64,000 nt of DNA, taken from IMG/VR virus record IMGVR_UViG_3300028883_000005, positions 1 through 64,000 of that record; one strand, given 5' to 3'. This DNA is from a virus. Below, piece by piece: positions 8,285-16,546 of this stretch. The position numbers were made by a program, and so were the translations under genes. The notes beneath the pieces are model-generated. The model was not told the DNA's origin and searched no databases. It was given only the letters and a program-made list of their open reading frames with translations. Position 1 is the first letter of the stretch. The number at the start of each line of letters is the position of its first letter.

Positions 8285-8524
8285 ATGACCACAATCAAAA
8301 GACACACTCCCTACAATGAAAAGCTCGCCGAGCTGATGGAGGCTATGATGGACAGCAATAGGAGGGTAGGGGAGGCTATTGAAGGTTTCGAGGAGGCGGT
8401 AGAGGAAAATACAATTAAAGGAAGCCGCGACCCTGAAGACCTACCTTTAATAGAGCAAGACTATGATAAATGGAAGATAGAACTAATCAAATCTGTATTA
8501 GACATGAGGGAAGGACTAGGATAA
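8285..8524 (+). CDS. Hypothetical early protein
   Basis: AGGAGG RBS. Confidence 0.65.
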   Translation: MTTIKRHTPYNEKLAELMEAMMDSNRRVGEAIEGFEEAVEENTIKGSRDPEDLPLIEQDYDKWKIELIKSVLDMREGLG

Positions 8525-8542
8525 GCAGATTTTTATTAGAAC

Positions 8543-8577
8543 TTTATCTTGTACTCTCCAGTTATAGTTGTTATAAT
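8543..8577 (+). promoter_or_regulatory. TTTATC-type sigma70 promoter
   Basis: TTTATC-TTGTAC-N17-TATAAT with TGn. Confidence 0.75.
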
Positions 8578-8612
8578 TAAACTAAGAACAACTATAACGA
8601 GAGGGGGACAGG

Positions 8613-8780
8613 ATGGCTTTCTATTTTCATGTTTGGATAGACTCTGCTCCTACTTGTATTTGCAATGGTGGTGACCCTGAGATTAGAGCTTACATTATGG
8701 ACAAGCTGATTCATTCTAATTTCTGGGTGTCACGTTTTAATCTTAAACTAGATACTTACAACCTGATTATGGAGCTTTAA
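8613..8780 (+). CDS. Small hypothetical protein (55 aa)
   Basis: GAGGGGG RBS right after a promoter; not in ORF track. Confidence 0.5.
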   Translation: MAFYFHVWIDSAPTCICNGGDPEIRAYIMDKLIHSNFWVSRFNLKLDTYNLIMEL

Positions 8781-9107
8781 ATGATCAAAATTGTAGCAGA
8801 TGAGAGTATTATATCAGAACTAACAAAAAGCCTTAAACTTCTAAAAGAGGCTTTGGACAAATTTTCCTTATCTGTTTCAGATTTAAATTCTATCTCGTTG
8901 GACTCTTTTTCTGTACATATTAATGAGCTCGAGATGATGATGGATAAATATCAAAAATTAAAATCTTCAAATCGCAGTAAAAACAAAAGGTTAAACTTCA
9001 AAAACCAAAGGAGGACAGAATGGCAGAAACCGCATATCAAAAGGTTACTATGGAGGGGAACACCTCATACGAAGAGGACATCCGTAGGGCGGCGGGGGCG
9101 CTTATAG
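8781..9107 (+). CDS. Hypothetical protein
   Basis: Starts immediately after the previous stop; 3' end overlaps the next ORF. Confidence 0.5.
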   Translation: MIKIVADESIISELTKSLKLLKEALDKFSLSVSDLNSISLDSFSVHINELEMMMDKYQKLKSSNRSKNKRLNFKNQRRTEWQKPHIKRLLWRGTPHTKRTSVGRRGRL

Positions 9108-9223
9108 ACCGAGGAAAAGGAGACTGGCTTTATCTCACTCACTACATGAGCGGCACCACTGTGTGGAGAAGCCCTGACAAAAAACGCAGTATTATGGTAG
9201 ATAAAGGAGGTGAAATGAAATGA
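9020..9223 (+). CDS. Hypothetical protein
   Basis: GAGGA RBS; ATGA coupling to the next gene. Confidence 0.6.
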   Translation: MAETAYQKVTMEGNTSYEEDIRRAAGALIDRGKGDWLYLTHYMSGTTVWRSPDKKRSIMVDKGGEMK

Positions 9224-9543
9224 AACACTTTGAGTATTTGGGTAGGATTGAGTATCGTGGGGAGGCTCTTTCACTTTATAGAACCTCATACGAATCGGAT
9301 CCAGGTGTTCCTGCTCTTCTGCTCCTGGTTGAAGAGACAGGAGAGCCCTACTGCACCTTAACTGTGAACCTGAGGAAGTCTACTAAGAAGGGAGAATACA
9401 CGATAAAGACCTGGTCAGAAAACGAGAACATTTATAACTTCCTGGTAAATGAAGAAATACTCTCTCCTACAGGAGTGATGATTCCTACAGGATTCTGCAA
9501 AGCTGCGGTTTGTAAGCTTGATATAAGAAAACTGAGTATTTAA
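9220..9543 (+). CDS. DUF4313-like phage protein
   Basis: GEPYCTLTVNL...IKTWSENE...PTG...GF pattern. Confidence 0.6.
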   Translation: MKHFEYLGRIEYRGEALSLYRTSYESDPGVPALLLLVEETGEPYCTLTVNLRKSTKKGEYTIKTWSENENIYNFLVNEEILSPTGVMIPTGFCKAAVCKLDIRKLSI

Positions 9544-9564
9544 TCCATACACTAGGAGAACAAA

Positions 9565-10125
9565 ATGAAAAAGGAAAATAATCTTTGGATAGACGAAAAA
9601 GGAAACTCTTGGGATTCTGCTGCTTACACAGAGGAGGAGGCAGCAGCAGCCTCTATGTCCTGCCACGACTGCCGCTACTGCCGCAACTGCCGCAACTGCC
9701 ACAACTGCCACGACTGCCACAACTGCCACTACTGCCACAACTGCCGCGACTGCCACGACTGCCGCTACTGCCACAACTGCTACAACTGCCGCAACTGCCA
9801 CAACTGCCGCAACTGCCGCGACTGCCGCAACTGCCGCGACTGCCACGACTGCCACTACTGCCGCGACTGCCGCGACTGCCGCGACTGCCACGAATGCCGC
9901 GACTTCGAAAAAAACCCAGCGAGATATACCAGCTCGCCTATAGGATCTAGAAAAGGACAAACAACAACCTACTGGGACTTAAACGGAAATAATTTGGTAG
10001 TTTGCGGATGTTTTTCAGGTACGCTGGAGGAGTTTGAAAGAGCCGTAGATCTCACTCATCAAAACAACCTATACGGAAAGGAATACCAAGAATATATAAA
10101 ACAAGTGAAAGCACTGATTAAATAA
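9565..10125 (+). CDS. Cys-x-x tandem-repeat protein with conserved phage C-terminal domain
   Basis: 27 consecutive C-[HRY]-[DNYE] units, then IGSR...VVCGCFSGTLEEF...TH...EY, a domain seen after beta-helix/pentapeptide repeats in phage proteins. Confidence 0.8.
   Translation: MKKENNLWIDEKGNSWDSAAYTEEEAAAASMSCHDCRYCRNCRNCHNCHDCHNCHYCHNCRDCHDCRYCHNCYNCRNCHNCRNCRDCRNCRDCHDCHYCRDCRDCRDCHECRDFEKNPARYTSSPIGSRKGQTTTYWDLNGNNLVVCGCFSGTLEEFERAVDLTHQNNLYGKEYQEYIKQVKALIK
9661..9903 (+). repeat. 9-bp coding tandem repeat, 27 units
   Basis: Consensus TGC C(A/G)C (A/G/T)AC. Confidence 0.95.
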
Positions 10126-10159
10126 TTTATCTTGACATTGCAGTTCTTTATGCTATTTT
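10126..10159 (+). promoter_or_regulatory. TTTATC-type sigma70 promoter
   Basis: TTTATC-TTGACA-N16-TATTTT with TGn. Confidence 0.65.
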
Positions 10160-10199
10160 AATGGTATGCTTAGGGTCGTTAAACAATAAGGAGAGAAAA

Positions 10200-10631
10200 A
10201 TGCAAGAAACACCTCCAGAACATATCGAGGGAATCGACCCCGAAAAAGAACGACTATTCTTAGCTCTTTCTGAGTTTACCTCACTAAAATTCAAAGAAAA
10301 CAATTTCCCTGGTTTGATCCTCTCTGCGGATATCGACCACGAGTTCTCAGATGTTTATTCCATCTACTGTGATGCTTCAATTGCACAAATAGTGGGCACA
10401 ATCTCAGCTCTGATACGCATGGTTAAACCTAAAGATAGAAAAATGATAAGGGAGCTTATTATGAAAGAGTGGGACCCCTTCCAAAGCCCGACCTTGAGAG
10501 CAGATTGGGTTATGAAATATCAAAAACAAGAAAGGAGGGAAAAACTTAAAGAGAAAATAAAGACGATAGTTGGTGCAGGTCTTGTTTTTGCTCTACTCTA
10601 TGGCATTTCTGTGTTCGTTTTTTCACTATAA
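10200..10631 (+). CDS. Hypothetical protein with C-terminal membrane anchor
   Basis: AAGGAG RBS before ATG 10200; ends IVGAGLVFALLYGISVFVFSL. Confidence 0.65.
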   Translation: MQETPPEHIEGIDPEKERLFLALSEFTSLKFKENNFPGLILSADIDHEFSDVYSIYCDASIAQIVGTISALIRMVKPKDRKMIRELIMKEWDPFQSPTLRADWVMKYQKQERREKLKEKIKTIVGAGLVFALLYGISVFVFSL

Positions 10632-10646
10632 AAGGAGCAGAGTGTA

Positions 10647-10814
10647 ATGAAATGGATAGGCATTTCTAAAAATGGTACAGCTATTTTCAGAGTAACCGCA
10701 CAAGATCCAAAAGAGGCTAAGGTTAAAGGCAGAGAAATGTTGGAGGACCCGACATACAGACCTCTGCTGAAGCTTTGGATTAAAGACGGGTCCCAGATTA
10801 GAAATGGAGAGTGA
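10647..10814 (+). CDS. Small hypothetical protein (55 aa)
   Basis: AAGGAG RBS; fills the gap between neighbours; not in ORF track. Confidence 0.5.
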   Translation: MKWIGISKNGTAIFRVTAQDPKEAKVKGREMLEDPTYRPLLKLWIKDGSQIRNGE

Positions 10815-11076
10815 CATGCCTAAGATTACTGTAGTTAAAGAAGTCGGCCCTTGGAAGAAAGTGGAAACACTTCTCGTTTCCGATCAACAACTCGAAATAT
10901 ATCGAGAGCTTCAGTACTTGGGGGACTTCACTTCGGTGGAGGATTTGGAACTTCGCCTCCGTTCTAGTTGTACACACATCCGAAAGTCTCTGGGATGCTT
11001 AGAAAGGAAAGGTCTCATAACTCTGATGAACTTCGAAAGCACGGGTGAGGGAGAAATGGCAATCGCAAACAGCTAA
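10804..11076 (+). CDS. Winged helix-turn-helix protein
   Basis: SDQQLEIYREL...SVEDL...IRKSLGCLERKGLI. Confidence 0.7.
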   Translation: MESDMPKITVVKEVGPWKKVETLLVSDQQLEIYRELQYLGDFTSVEDLELRLRSSCTHIRKSLGCLERKGLITLMNFESTGEGEMAIANS

Positions 11077-11103
11077 CCAACCTTAGGGGGTCGAGAAGAG
11101 ATT

Positions 11104-11574
11104 ATGAACAGCAAAGACTATCAGAAAGATCTCGGTACTAAACCATTACCGGTGATTAAAAAACTCTACATCAAAATATTCCAAACCCCTCCTCCTTCTC
11201 ATTACAACAAACCACAAATGATTGAAAAGCTGGCAAATAAATTTGAGGAGCTCTACGCAGATGCTCCTAAGTTTGTAAACGATGAGGCTGAGGAGGTCTT
11301 GGTTGAGAGCCCTCCTGTTAAGCCCAAAAAGCCTAACGGTAAAAGAAAGAAGAAAAAAGGAAGCCGAAGGGGAAGAATTATCGAAGAGTTGTTTTTGGGC
11401 ATTTGGGATACAGCTCTACTCGCTGAAGCTTTAAATATCGAAAACAGAGACTGGAAGGTTCCCCAAAATAAGGCTGCGATTGCAGGAACTTTGGCGGACT
11501 TGAGGAACAGGCATCATTTGAAGTTCGTGGTGGGTCAAGCTAAAGACCAAGGTAGAATCTTCTTAGACTGTTAA
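11104..11574 (+). CDS. Putative DNA-binding protein, paralog of 4016-4444
   Basis: SRRGRIIEELFLGIWDTALLAE...NKAAIAGTLADL; Lys-rich linker; GGGGTCGAG upstream. Confidence 0.7.
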   Translation: MNSKDYQKDLGTKPLPVIKKLYIKIFQTPPPSHYNKPQMIEKLANKFEELYADAPKFVNDEAEEVLVESPPVKPKKPNGKRKKKKGSRRGRIIEELFLGIWDTALLAEALNIENRDWKVPQNKAAIAGTLADLRNRHHLKFVVGQAKDQGRIFLDC

Positions 11575-11575
11575 T

Positions 11576-11610
11576 TTTATCTTGCTACCTCCTAGAACAA
11601 CTATTATAGT
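11576..11610 (+). promoter_or_regulatory. TTTATC-type sigma70 promoter
   Basis: TTTATC-TTGCTA-N17-TATAGT. Confidence 0.7.
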
Positions 11611-11650
11611 ATGCACAGAACATAACAAAAAACAACAAAGGAGATGCATC

Positions 11651-12466
11651 ATGAAATTAGTAAAGTTTGAGGAGCTGCCCAGGGTCGAGGCGAGAGCAAT
11701 TAACATCGATGACAGATTCATCGAAGGCCATCAAGCAATTTGGAACCCGGATACCGGCCATGTTTTCTGCCTCCCAACAGACGAGTATAAACTCGTCTCC
11801 CACCAAGAAATGATCGAAATGACAGAGGAGAAGATAGCTTCCTTCTCCCATCTGGGAAAGTATGAAAGAGAAATCAGGATGGATGGGGAAGGTGAAAGAA
11901 TGAGGGCGGTGTTTCGTTTCACTGAGAACAAAGTGATGATCCAAAAAGGCGATCACATCAACCCCACGGTGGAGATCTTCAACTCTTACGACCGAAGCTG
12001 GAAGAACCAAGTGATGATCGGAGCTTTTCGACTCGTTTGCACAAACGGTCTCACCATCGGAGAGACTTACGGAAGATTCAAAAAGCGCCACATCAAGTCA
12101 TTGAGTCTGGACGAGGTCGACGGCATTCTCGAGAGTGGGTTCGACAAGCTGGACAAAGTTGCCATCGAGTGGAAGGATTGGCGCAAGGAGAAGATGGAAC
12201 CCAAAGCAGTGGAAGATGCTGTGAAGCAGCTGGCACTCACTACCAAAGAGGAAGCACTCCTCTTGGAAGAGGAAGAGGTGTCCACCCAAATTTCCGTAGA
12301 GGATTGGCTGCTATTTCAAGAGCTGCAGATGAGGAAGGAAATGTGGGGAGTGATGACCAAGTGGGTATTCTACAACATCCTCACTCAGTTCATCACACAC
12401 CAGATCAACACCGAAAAGAGAAGGATGCAACTTCAATCCAAAGTAACGGACATCTTCTACAACTAG
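11651..12466 (+). CDS. DUF932/DUF945 family protein
   Basis: YKLVSH, NSYD, GAFRLVCTNGL signature; AAGGAG RBS before ATG 11651. Confidence 0.85.
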   Translation: MKLVKFEELPRVEARAINIDDRFIEGHQAIWNPDTGHVFCLPTDEYKLVSHQEMIEMTEEKIASFSHLGKYEREIRMDGEGERMRAVFRFTENKVMIQKGDHINPTVEIFNSYDRSWKNQVMIGAFRLVCTNGLTIGETYGRFKKRHIKSLSLDEVDGILESGFDKLDKVAIEWKDWRKEKMEPKAVEDAVKQLALTTKEEALLLEEEEVSTQISVEDWLLFQELQMRKEMWGVMTKWVFYNILTQFITHQINTEKRRMQLQSKVTDIFYN

Positions 12467-12476
12467 GGAGGTTTTT

Positions 12477-12629
12477 ATGCTTTTCACACCCTGCATCATC
12501 GCCGAGCCCCTATGGGAGGGATTTTGGACGAGAGGGGAAAATCCCCCAGCCGATGCAGGAAGGGCGCATATAGATATTATCGGAACTTGCATGGGCCGCG
12601 CTGTGGATTTGGCCGGCGTCTGGCTCTAA
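12477..12629 (+). CDS. Small hypothetical protein (50 aa)
   Basis: GGGAGG RBS; MLFTPCIIAEPLWEGFW...; not in ORF track. Confidence 0.5.
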   Translation: MLFTPCIIAEPLWEGFWTRGENPPADAGRAHIDIIGTCMGRAVDLAGVWL

Positions 12630-12653
12630 ATTCTAGGGTGCCCTTCCTGGGAT

Positions 12654-12711
12654 TTAGTTTTCTCGCTGCCCGTCTTTACTCGGAGTTTAGGCGGGCAGTA
12701 GGAAAACTAAA
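12654..12711 (+). terminator. Long hairpin (terminator or processing site)
   Basis: TTTAGTTTTC..GCTGCCCGTCT / AGGCGGGCAGT..GAAAACTAAA. Confidence 0.5.
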
Positions 12712-12716
12712 CAGAT

Positions 12717-13040
12717 ATGCAACTAAGTGGGAGGTGTATAGTGTTTTGGTTAGAGATGTTTTGGTTAGAGATATCCATATCTATATTTTCTTTTTTCGCT
12801 GGTCTTTCCCTACTCGTTTGGATGATATCTAAAATAAAAATGCCCACTATCAGAAAAATCAGGTTGGAGGGCTCCATGCCTAAAAAAATTATAGTGTTAT
12901 TGTCAGATGAGGATCGTTGTGCTGGTCACGTTCCAGATTGGGTTTTTAATTTATGCCATAATCACGACGTTTTTTATGAGGATCATAAAACAGGGGAGTT
13001 GATTCAGGTTCTTGACATGCTCCCTGAGGAGATGCTTTGA
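12717..13040 (+). CDS. Hypothetical protein (start uncertain; hydrophobic N-terminal segment)
   Basis: ORF track; internal GGAGG RBS before MPKKII suggests an alternative start at 12876. Confidence 0.45.
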   Translation: MQLSGRCIVFWLEMFWLEISISIFSFFAGLSLLVWMISKIKMPTIRKIRLEGSMPKKIIVLLSDEDRCAGHVPDWVFNLCHNHDVFYEDHKTGELIQVLDMLPEEML

Positions 13041-13558
13041 TGAAAACATTCTCTCTCGCAATACTATTATTGATTCTAATCTGCACTCCGGCTATGGCTA
13101 AATCTTACTGGACTATAAATGGCATACCTCTGAGTGAGTTCCAAGACATAACTTGGAAAAAAGCTGGAGCTCTAGGGGCCGGTGCTGTGATTAGTGCCCT
13201 CACCCACGCAACATCTCACATCTTATATCTAGAAATATTAGGAAGAAGCTGGCATATAGACGGATTGATGGAAGTATGCGACGGAAGGCTATCTGACAGC
13301 CAGGCTGCAATGTTCGGAAGAGCAGGGTTTATTGGGGCTCTTTCTGTAGGAACTTTAGGAAAGATTTTCGGAAAAAAGAAGTCTTATTTCTGGACAGGTT
13401 TTCACTTTATGACATTTATAGAGACATCCACTTATCCTATTAGGTGGAAAGATGAAGGTGACTTAGAGCTTATAGACCGATCCAGCAACTCCGAAATAGA
13501 ATGGGCTATATATACCACTTGGTCTTCGATTCTTTTAGATTTACATAAGCAAAAATGA
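13037..13558 (+). CDS. Signal-peptide-bearing membrane protein
   Basis: MKTFSLAILLLILICTPAMA signal with AxA site; further hydrophobic segments. Confidence 0.65.
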   Translation: MMKTFSLAILLLILICTPAMAKSYWTINGIPLSEFQDITWKKAGALGAGAVISALTHATSHILYLEILGRSWHIDGLMEVCDGRLSDSQAAMFGRAGFIGALSVGTLGKIFGKKKSYFWTGFHFMTFIETSTYPIRWKDEGDLELIDRSSNSEIEWAIYTTWSSILLDLHKQK

Positions 13559-13571
13559 AGGCAGTTTAATT

Positions 13572-13627
13572 ATGCATACAAGTGCATTAGTAGCAAAAAG
13601 ATCGTGCAGAATTCGTGCTTAGAACGC
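13572..13627. repeat. Dispersed ~60-bp element, copy 2 (inverted)
   Basis: Reverse complement matches 54387-54437 over ~50 bp with one mismatch. Confidence 0.9.
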
Positions 13628-13669
13628 TTAGATTTTAAGCTCTTTACACTAACTTTACAGCAATTTTAA

Positions 13670-15196
13670 GTGAAAACTATGAGAAACACGGAACTTGAAA
13701 TTAGAATACTAGATAGCGTACACAGTAAAGTGGTAAACAAAACCACCGCTGAGTTTCTAGGTCCGGTTTTATCTTATGAGGTGGTTAATCAGAGACCTGG
13801 TCCTAGGGGACCAATCTTAAAAATACGAAGAAGAAGCCTACTACATAAAGATTTATTTCCTACAGGGTTGATCCCTAGAATAAAAGAATTGTACGGTAGT
13901 GAGATCAAAATCTATGAAGAAGATGAATTTGAGATAGAACAACCAGAAGCCCTAAAAAAACTAAATGGAATTCTTTACAAAAACTACCAGGCGGAGGCAA
14001 TCCAAAAAGCTATCTTACACCGAAGAGGGGTCATAGATGCCCCTGCTAGATCAGGAAAGACAGTAATTGCCGCGGGCATTATATCTACAGTACAGAGTAC
14101 TTTCGACTGCCCCTCCTTGTTCTTGGTGAACACTAAAGATATATTGTATCAAACTAAAGAGGCTTTTGATTCATACGGAATACCTTGTGGACTTATGGGA
14201 GACGGGAATAAAGATTTAGATTCTAAAAATATAATCGCAACCTTTCAAACTATGAAAGAATACACAGATGTGGATTATTTATCCAGATTTGGAATTATAA
14301 TTGTTGACGAAGCTCACCATGCGAGCAAAGAGGGTGGGGCATATTGGAAAATATTGATGAGTTCCTTAGCCCCTTTTAAAATAGGTTTAACAGCTTCCGT
14401 ACCTAGTAAAGAAGAAAAAAGAATCGTGATGGAAGCAATCCTAGGTCCTGTAATCTACAAAGTACCTCAATCTAAAGCTAAAGAAATGGGGGCAACAGTG
14501 AAGGCCAAACTTAAATTTATCAAAGCTCCTGAGGTTTCAACCTTCGTTAAAAAGATGGCTTATCAAGACGCCTATCAAAAAGGAATCATCGAAAACAGAT
14601 CCTTAAATCGGCTTATCGTGAATACAGCCGCGGAGTACATTCAAGAAGGAAGCACTGTACTGATTTTAGTCACTAGAGTTCAACATGGTTTTCATTTAGA
14701 AAAAATCTTTAATCTTCTTTTCCCCCAGTATGAGGTACCTTTCCTATGCGGAGGGCTAGATAGTGGAACTAGAACTTATTTAGACTTTCTAAAAAAGAGA
14801 CTGATCAGATATGAAAATAAAGGTAAATTCCCTCCAAATATGAGAGAAACTATCGACCAAGAAATTTGCAAGATTAAAGAAATCGAGGCTAAGATAAAAG
14901 CAAGGTCAAAGAACAGAAATAAATACCGCCACGCTTTTATCAAGAAAGAAATACCTTGTGTGGTGGCTACTAACATATGGAATGAAGGAGTGAACATACC
15001 TTCACTTAATGTGATAATAAACGCTGGCGGGGGAAAGAGCGAAATAAAAACTATCCAGGCATCTAGCAGATCCTTAACTGCTGCTCCTGGAAAAGAAGAA
15101 GGAATTATAGTAGATATCTTCAATCCTCTTCATAAATCTTTTATTGAGCATTTCGGTCATCGCATAAGCACTTATTGTGATTTAGGGTGGATGTAA
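13670..15196 (+). CDS. Superfamily 2 (UvsW-like) DNA helicase
   Basis: YQAEA Q motif, APARSGKT, IIVDEAHH, GLTAS, EGVNIPSL. Confidence 0.85.
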   Translation: MKTMRNTELEIRILDSVHSKVVNKTTAEFLGPVLSYEVVNQRPGPRGPILKIRRRSLLHKDLFPTGLIPRIKELYGSEIKIYEEDEFEIEQPEALKKLNGILYKNYQAEAIQKAILHRRGVIDAPARSGKTVIAAGIISTVQSTFDCPSLFLVNTKDILYQTKEAFDSYGIPCGLMGDGNKDLDSKNIIATFQTMKEYTDVDYLSRFGIIIVDEAHHASKEGGAYWKILMSSLAPFKIGLTASVPSKEEKRIVMEAILGPVIYKVPQSKAKEMGATVKAKLKFIKAPEVSTFVKKMAYQDAYQKGIIENRSLNRLIVNTAAEYIQEGSTVLILVTRVQHGFHLEKIFNLLFPQYEVPFLCGGLDSGTRTYLDFLKKRLIRYENKGKFPPNMRETIDQEICKIKEIEAKIKARSKNRNKYRHAFIKKEIPCVVATNIWNEGVNIPSLNVIINAGGGKSEIKTIQASSRSLTAAPGKEEGIIVDIFNPLHKSFIEHFGHRISTYCDLGWM

Positions 15197-15207
15197 AAGG
15201 AGGAAAC

Positions 15208-15420
15208 ATGAAAGAGTATGAAGAAACACACATGGATGGGCTAATCTCTATAGAGCATGAAATGCAACCCGGAGCTTTCTTCGGAGACATAGGAATTCAA
15301 ATTGCTAAAGATGGCAGAATCTGGGTGTGCATTGACGGTAGGGCTTTTCTCAGATTCTCACCTAAGAAGTACACAAACCCGCAGAGACCTGAAAAGCAGT
15401 TTAGAACTGAGATTTCATAG
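15208..15420 (+). CDS. Hypothetical protein
   Basis: AGGAGG RBS; IQIAKDGRIWVCIDG. Confidence 0.6.
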   Translation: MKEYEETHMDGLISIEHEMQPGAFFGDIGIQIAKDGRIWVCIDGRAFLRFSPKKYTNPQRPEKQFRTEIS

Positions 15421-15429
15421 GTTAAATTT

Positions 15430-16347
15430 ATGGAAAAAGCAGACATTAGAAATTTTGATGTTATATCTTATCTCAAAACTAAAGGAATCTCCATATATTA
15501 TGAGGGCAAAAATGTAAGCCCTGGCTGGATAGGTATAAAATGTGTTTGGTGTTCTGATAAAAGCAATCACTTAGGGATCAACCTTAGATCTAAAGCTCTA
15601 AAATGCTGGAAGTGCAAGAAAACAGGAACTGTTCTTAACCTGATACAGACTTTAGAACAGTGCTCCTGGGACCAAGCCGAAGACATTTGCCTAAAGTATT
15701 TCGAATACTACATACCAGAAAAAATAACCACATTTGTTCCTAAAATAAAACCCGAAGATGTTCTTCCTAAACAAGCTTTTAAAGAACCATTACAGATGCA
15801 TATTGACTACCTTAAAGGTAGAAATTTCGATGTGTCTGAGATACGAAGAAAATATCAGATACTATTTACAGATCATAGAGCTGGCAGATTAAAATTTAGA
15901 ATCATTGTTCCTGTTATTATGGACAGAACTATAGTGAGTTTCACCGCCAGAGATGTTACAGGGTCCGCAGAGCTTAGATATATTGACTCTAAAAAAGAAG
16001 AGTTTCTAGTAGATCCAGACTCTGTTTTTTACAACATAGACACAGTATCAGATACAGCCTTTATTGTGGAGGGAGTAACAGATGTTTGGAGGTTAGGTGA
16101 TGGGGCCTGTGCCACATTAGGAACAGAGTTTAATAACCATCACATTCATGCTTTAGTATCTAGAGGGGTAAAAAGAGCTTTCTGGATCTATGATCCTGAA
16201 CCTGAGGCACAAAAGCTGGCAAAGAGAGGAACAAGCATGTTATCTGTTTCGATACCTCAGGTGGAAAACATAGAACTAAACAGTGGAGATCCTGGCTCTT
16301 TATCTCCTAGAGAAGCTTATAATTTAAAAAGAGATCTGCTTAGATGA
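15430..16347 (+). CDS. DNA primase (zinc finger + TOPRIM)
   Basis: CVWC..H..CWKC zinc finger, YLKGR, RIIVPV, FTAR, IVEGVTD. Confidence 0.85.
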   Translation: MEKADIRNFDVISYLKTKGISIYYEGKNVSPGWIGIKCVWCSDKSNHLGINLRSKALKCWKCKKTGTVLNLIQTLEQCSWDQAEDICLKYFEYYIPEKITTFVPKIKPEDVLPKQAFKEPLQMHIDYLKGRNFDVSEIRRKYQILFTDHRAGRLKFRIIVPVIMDRTIVSFTARDVTGSAELRYIDSKKEEFLVDPDSVFYNIDTVSDTAFIVEGVTDVWRLGDGACATLGTEFNNHHIHALVSRGVKRAFWIYDPEPEAQKLAKRGTSMLSVSIPQVENIELNSGDPGSLSPREAYNLKRDLLR

Positions 16348-16364
16348 AAGCCGAAAAAAACCCC

Positions 16365-16394
16365 TTGACATTCCACTTGCATATGTTTTATTTT
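16365..16394 (+). promoter_or_regulatory. Sigma70-like promoter upstream of structured leader
   Basis: TTGACA-N18-TATTTT; predicted start ~16401, at the base of the hairpin. Confidence 0.6.
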
Positions 16395-16402
16395 GTATAT
16401 GC

Positions 16403-16518
16403 ATTTGGAAACTTTTGTGGGGGATTGACCTTCTCTCCTTTGTTAGCTGCCTCGACCCCAGCTTATACAAAACCCCTGGTCGATCCTCCGCAAAAGTTTC
16501 TAAATTTTATGGGGTCGG
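16403..16518 (+). ncRNA. Candidate structured leader or sRNA (28-bp stem plus pseudoknot)
   Basis: 16403-16430 pairs with 16478-16505, with all four non-Watson-Crick pairs being G-U; loop TCGACCCCA pairs with TGGGGTCGG (16510-16518). Confidence 0.65.
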
Positions 16519-16546
16519 ATCTTTCCTTATTATCTTCACGTTCTAG

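Noticed and set aside
9661-9903. Diversity-generating retroelement, because variation falls mostly at adenines
   Set aside because: No reverse transcriptase and no separate template/variable repeat pair in the window; tandem slippage with amino-acid constraint explains the pattern.
9415-9960. Alternative-frame ORFs (poly-VAA on minus strand, poly-LPQ on plus strand)
   Set aside because: Shadows of the 9-bp repeat; only the Cys frame has an RBS and a recognisable C-terminal domain.
9565-10125. Multiheme c-type cytochrome (many CxxCH motifs)
   Set aside because: No signal peptide, and motifs overlap every 3 residues, too dense for heme attachment.
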